A stretch of 64,000 nt of DNA from Ginglymostoma cirratum (Eukaryota), in contig JAHRHZ010000032.1 of assembly GCA_024137785.1 (NCBI GenBank), forward strand, positions 4,900,149 through 4,964,148, given 5' to 3'. The notes beneath the pieces were generated by a model. That model worked only from the letters and a program-made list of their open reading frames with translations, did no database searches and was not told the DNA's origin. Below are positions 62,389 to 64,000 of this stretch, piece by piece (the first letter of the stretch is position 1; each line of letters begins with the position of its first letter). Position numbers and translations under genes: made by a program.

Positions 62389-62560
62389 TCATGACTTTCT
62401 GCGATGTATACTAATGTTTTGTAATTCAGGCACTTAGGCATCTAGATCTCTCTTCATCTACTCACAATTCAGATAATATGGTTTTTTTTTATTCTTCCTG
62501 CTGAAACGAACAACTTCACATTTTCCCAAATTTCCCTTCCACCCTCTACCCTCTTTTTGA
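61800..62560 (-). mobile_element. Old CR1 RT/3' remnant
   Basis: MLQLCRALVRPHLKYS on the minus strand; CR1-type 3' end near 61805 (ggagcaaaggtaggcca on the plus strand). Confidence 0.75.
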
Positions 62561-64000
62561 GGAAAGGAATTACATTTGTTATTTTCCATTCAAATGGAAT
62601 CTTTCCCAAATGCAGGGGATTTTGAAAGAGAAAACACTTCAACTATCACATTAGCCATTTAGTTTAAGACCTCAGGATCCATGAACTTGCCAGCTACAGC
62701 TCCAACGTGTGCCGTAGAGAATACTGCAGGATTACTCAATAGAATTCCAGGTAATAGAACAGCCCTTCAATAAGGAAAGGTCTGTTTGGTTATGTGGTGG
62801 AATTGTGTTGATTGTGTGAACGACAATACATGAACTGCACACTACAGTCACAAGCCAAGTGTTTGGCGGCAAACTACACTCTGATCTCCTCTTCTGATGG
62901 TATTATGGACACAATAGAAAAACCATAAGTGCTGCCAGGAAACCTGAGCACTGACTGGCATGATGCACAGAGTACAGTACAAACTCCTGCTGTACATTGA
63001 GTTGCAATTGAAGTACATTTCTGAATTTACATGTATTGTTTGCAAGTAATGTAAATACAGTTATTTACACCCTGCAACATGAGGAATCTTGTTATCCTGG
63101 TGAAGCCATGTCTTTAGACCACTGGTTTCTCTTTGCCCTTTCTTTACATACAGTTAATGACCTCCATTACATAACAGAGTACATCAAACTCTAAGATGTT
63201 AGAGATGTTGCTAGTGCAACCTGAAAGCGCCCAGAGGTTCATCGCCACAAACACTTTTATAGCTACTGAGAATGAATGCCATCCTCATACTGTTCTGAGG
63301 CTGAGGATCTACTGCTTTTGATGAGCATCTCCTTTGTGGAATGAAAATGGTGATGGGGGCCGTACCTCTGGTCTGTGTGGATATTGTGCACTTTCCCAAA
63401 ATTTCTCCAAAGTGTGCAAATGAAGTCCTGAGAAGGATTTCATTGTAACTTGAAATTCAACATTTTCTGCATTCATACATTGTCTAAAACTGAACCCCAA
63501 TGCCATTTCATTCCCATTTACAATGAGAGAAGAGTTAATTGAGGTTCTTGTTTGAGACCAAACCTCCTTTTCATGGTCTGCTGTATTGAAGACCAGTAAA
63601 CTGTCTAAACTATCTTAAATAAGAGAGTCAGTGCTTATTTGCTGTGGCTTTTGCAAATTTTAATAGTGTAAAATCAAAATTACTGAACAGTACAATTTAC
63701 GGGTATTAATATGTTGAAAAACAATACTCCACATTAATTTCACTCCACATGCTAGAAGTTTTTCTTAAATTGTATGTTCAGATAGTCTGTGATGTGGGAA
63801 ACATCAAGGGCAGTACCATATGAGGAAATAAATATCTGGGAGGGAAGTAAACTTAGACCACAAGGTTTATTTTATTGAGTTTATCAATCGCATGAACTGC
63901 TTTGAACTTCAAAGGATCTAGGGCAGTCAAACAGGAAAATCAATATGACAATTAGTGCTCCTCAATTTTACACAGAAGTAATAAATCCTGTTGTGGAATT

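Noticed and set aside
50200-64000. Further upstream IGSF3 Ig exon
   Set aside because: No ORF with V-set Cys/Trp spacing or D-x-G-x-Y-x-C. The Cys-rich ORF at 62848-63045 does not fit, so the next exon probably lies beyond the window.

Overview
Eukaryotic, repeat-rich vertebrate DNA. The repeat repertoire (HE1/V-SINE-like SINEs, abundant CR1 LINEs, hammerhead-bearing Penelope-like elements) points to an elasmobranch (shark); this is inference. One host gene is visible: the 3' part of IGSF3 (EWI family) on the minus strand, with three phase-1 V-type Ig exons (49702-50109, 42492-42902, 35724-36146), the transmembrane/cytoplasmic exon (26481-26731) and a probable long 3' UTR; upstream exons were not found in the window. 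The rest is layered transposable elements: three decayed Ty3/Gypsy proviruses, a near-intact full-length CR1 (ORF1 Zn-finger/SGNH esterase, ORF2 APE-RT), many CR1 fragments, Penelope-like (RT + GIY-YIG) elements, a solo LTR and a Harbinger Myb/SANT remnant. Three things stand out. (1) An ORF1-less APE-RT LINE family whose 5' UTR is a tRNA-head/core SINE sequence, plus a SINE made of that same 5' part and the same LINE 3' tail. (2) Small TSD-flanked palindromic Penelope derivatives with a hammerhead ribozyme core on each strand and a constant end asymmetry. (3) Three short inverted duplications templated from DNA about 0.5-1.5 kb away. Repeat boundaries are hand estimates; family names come from motif recognition, not database searches.
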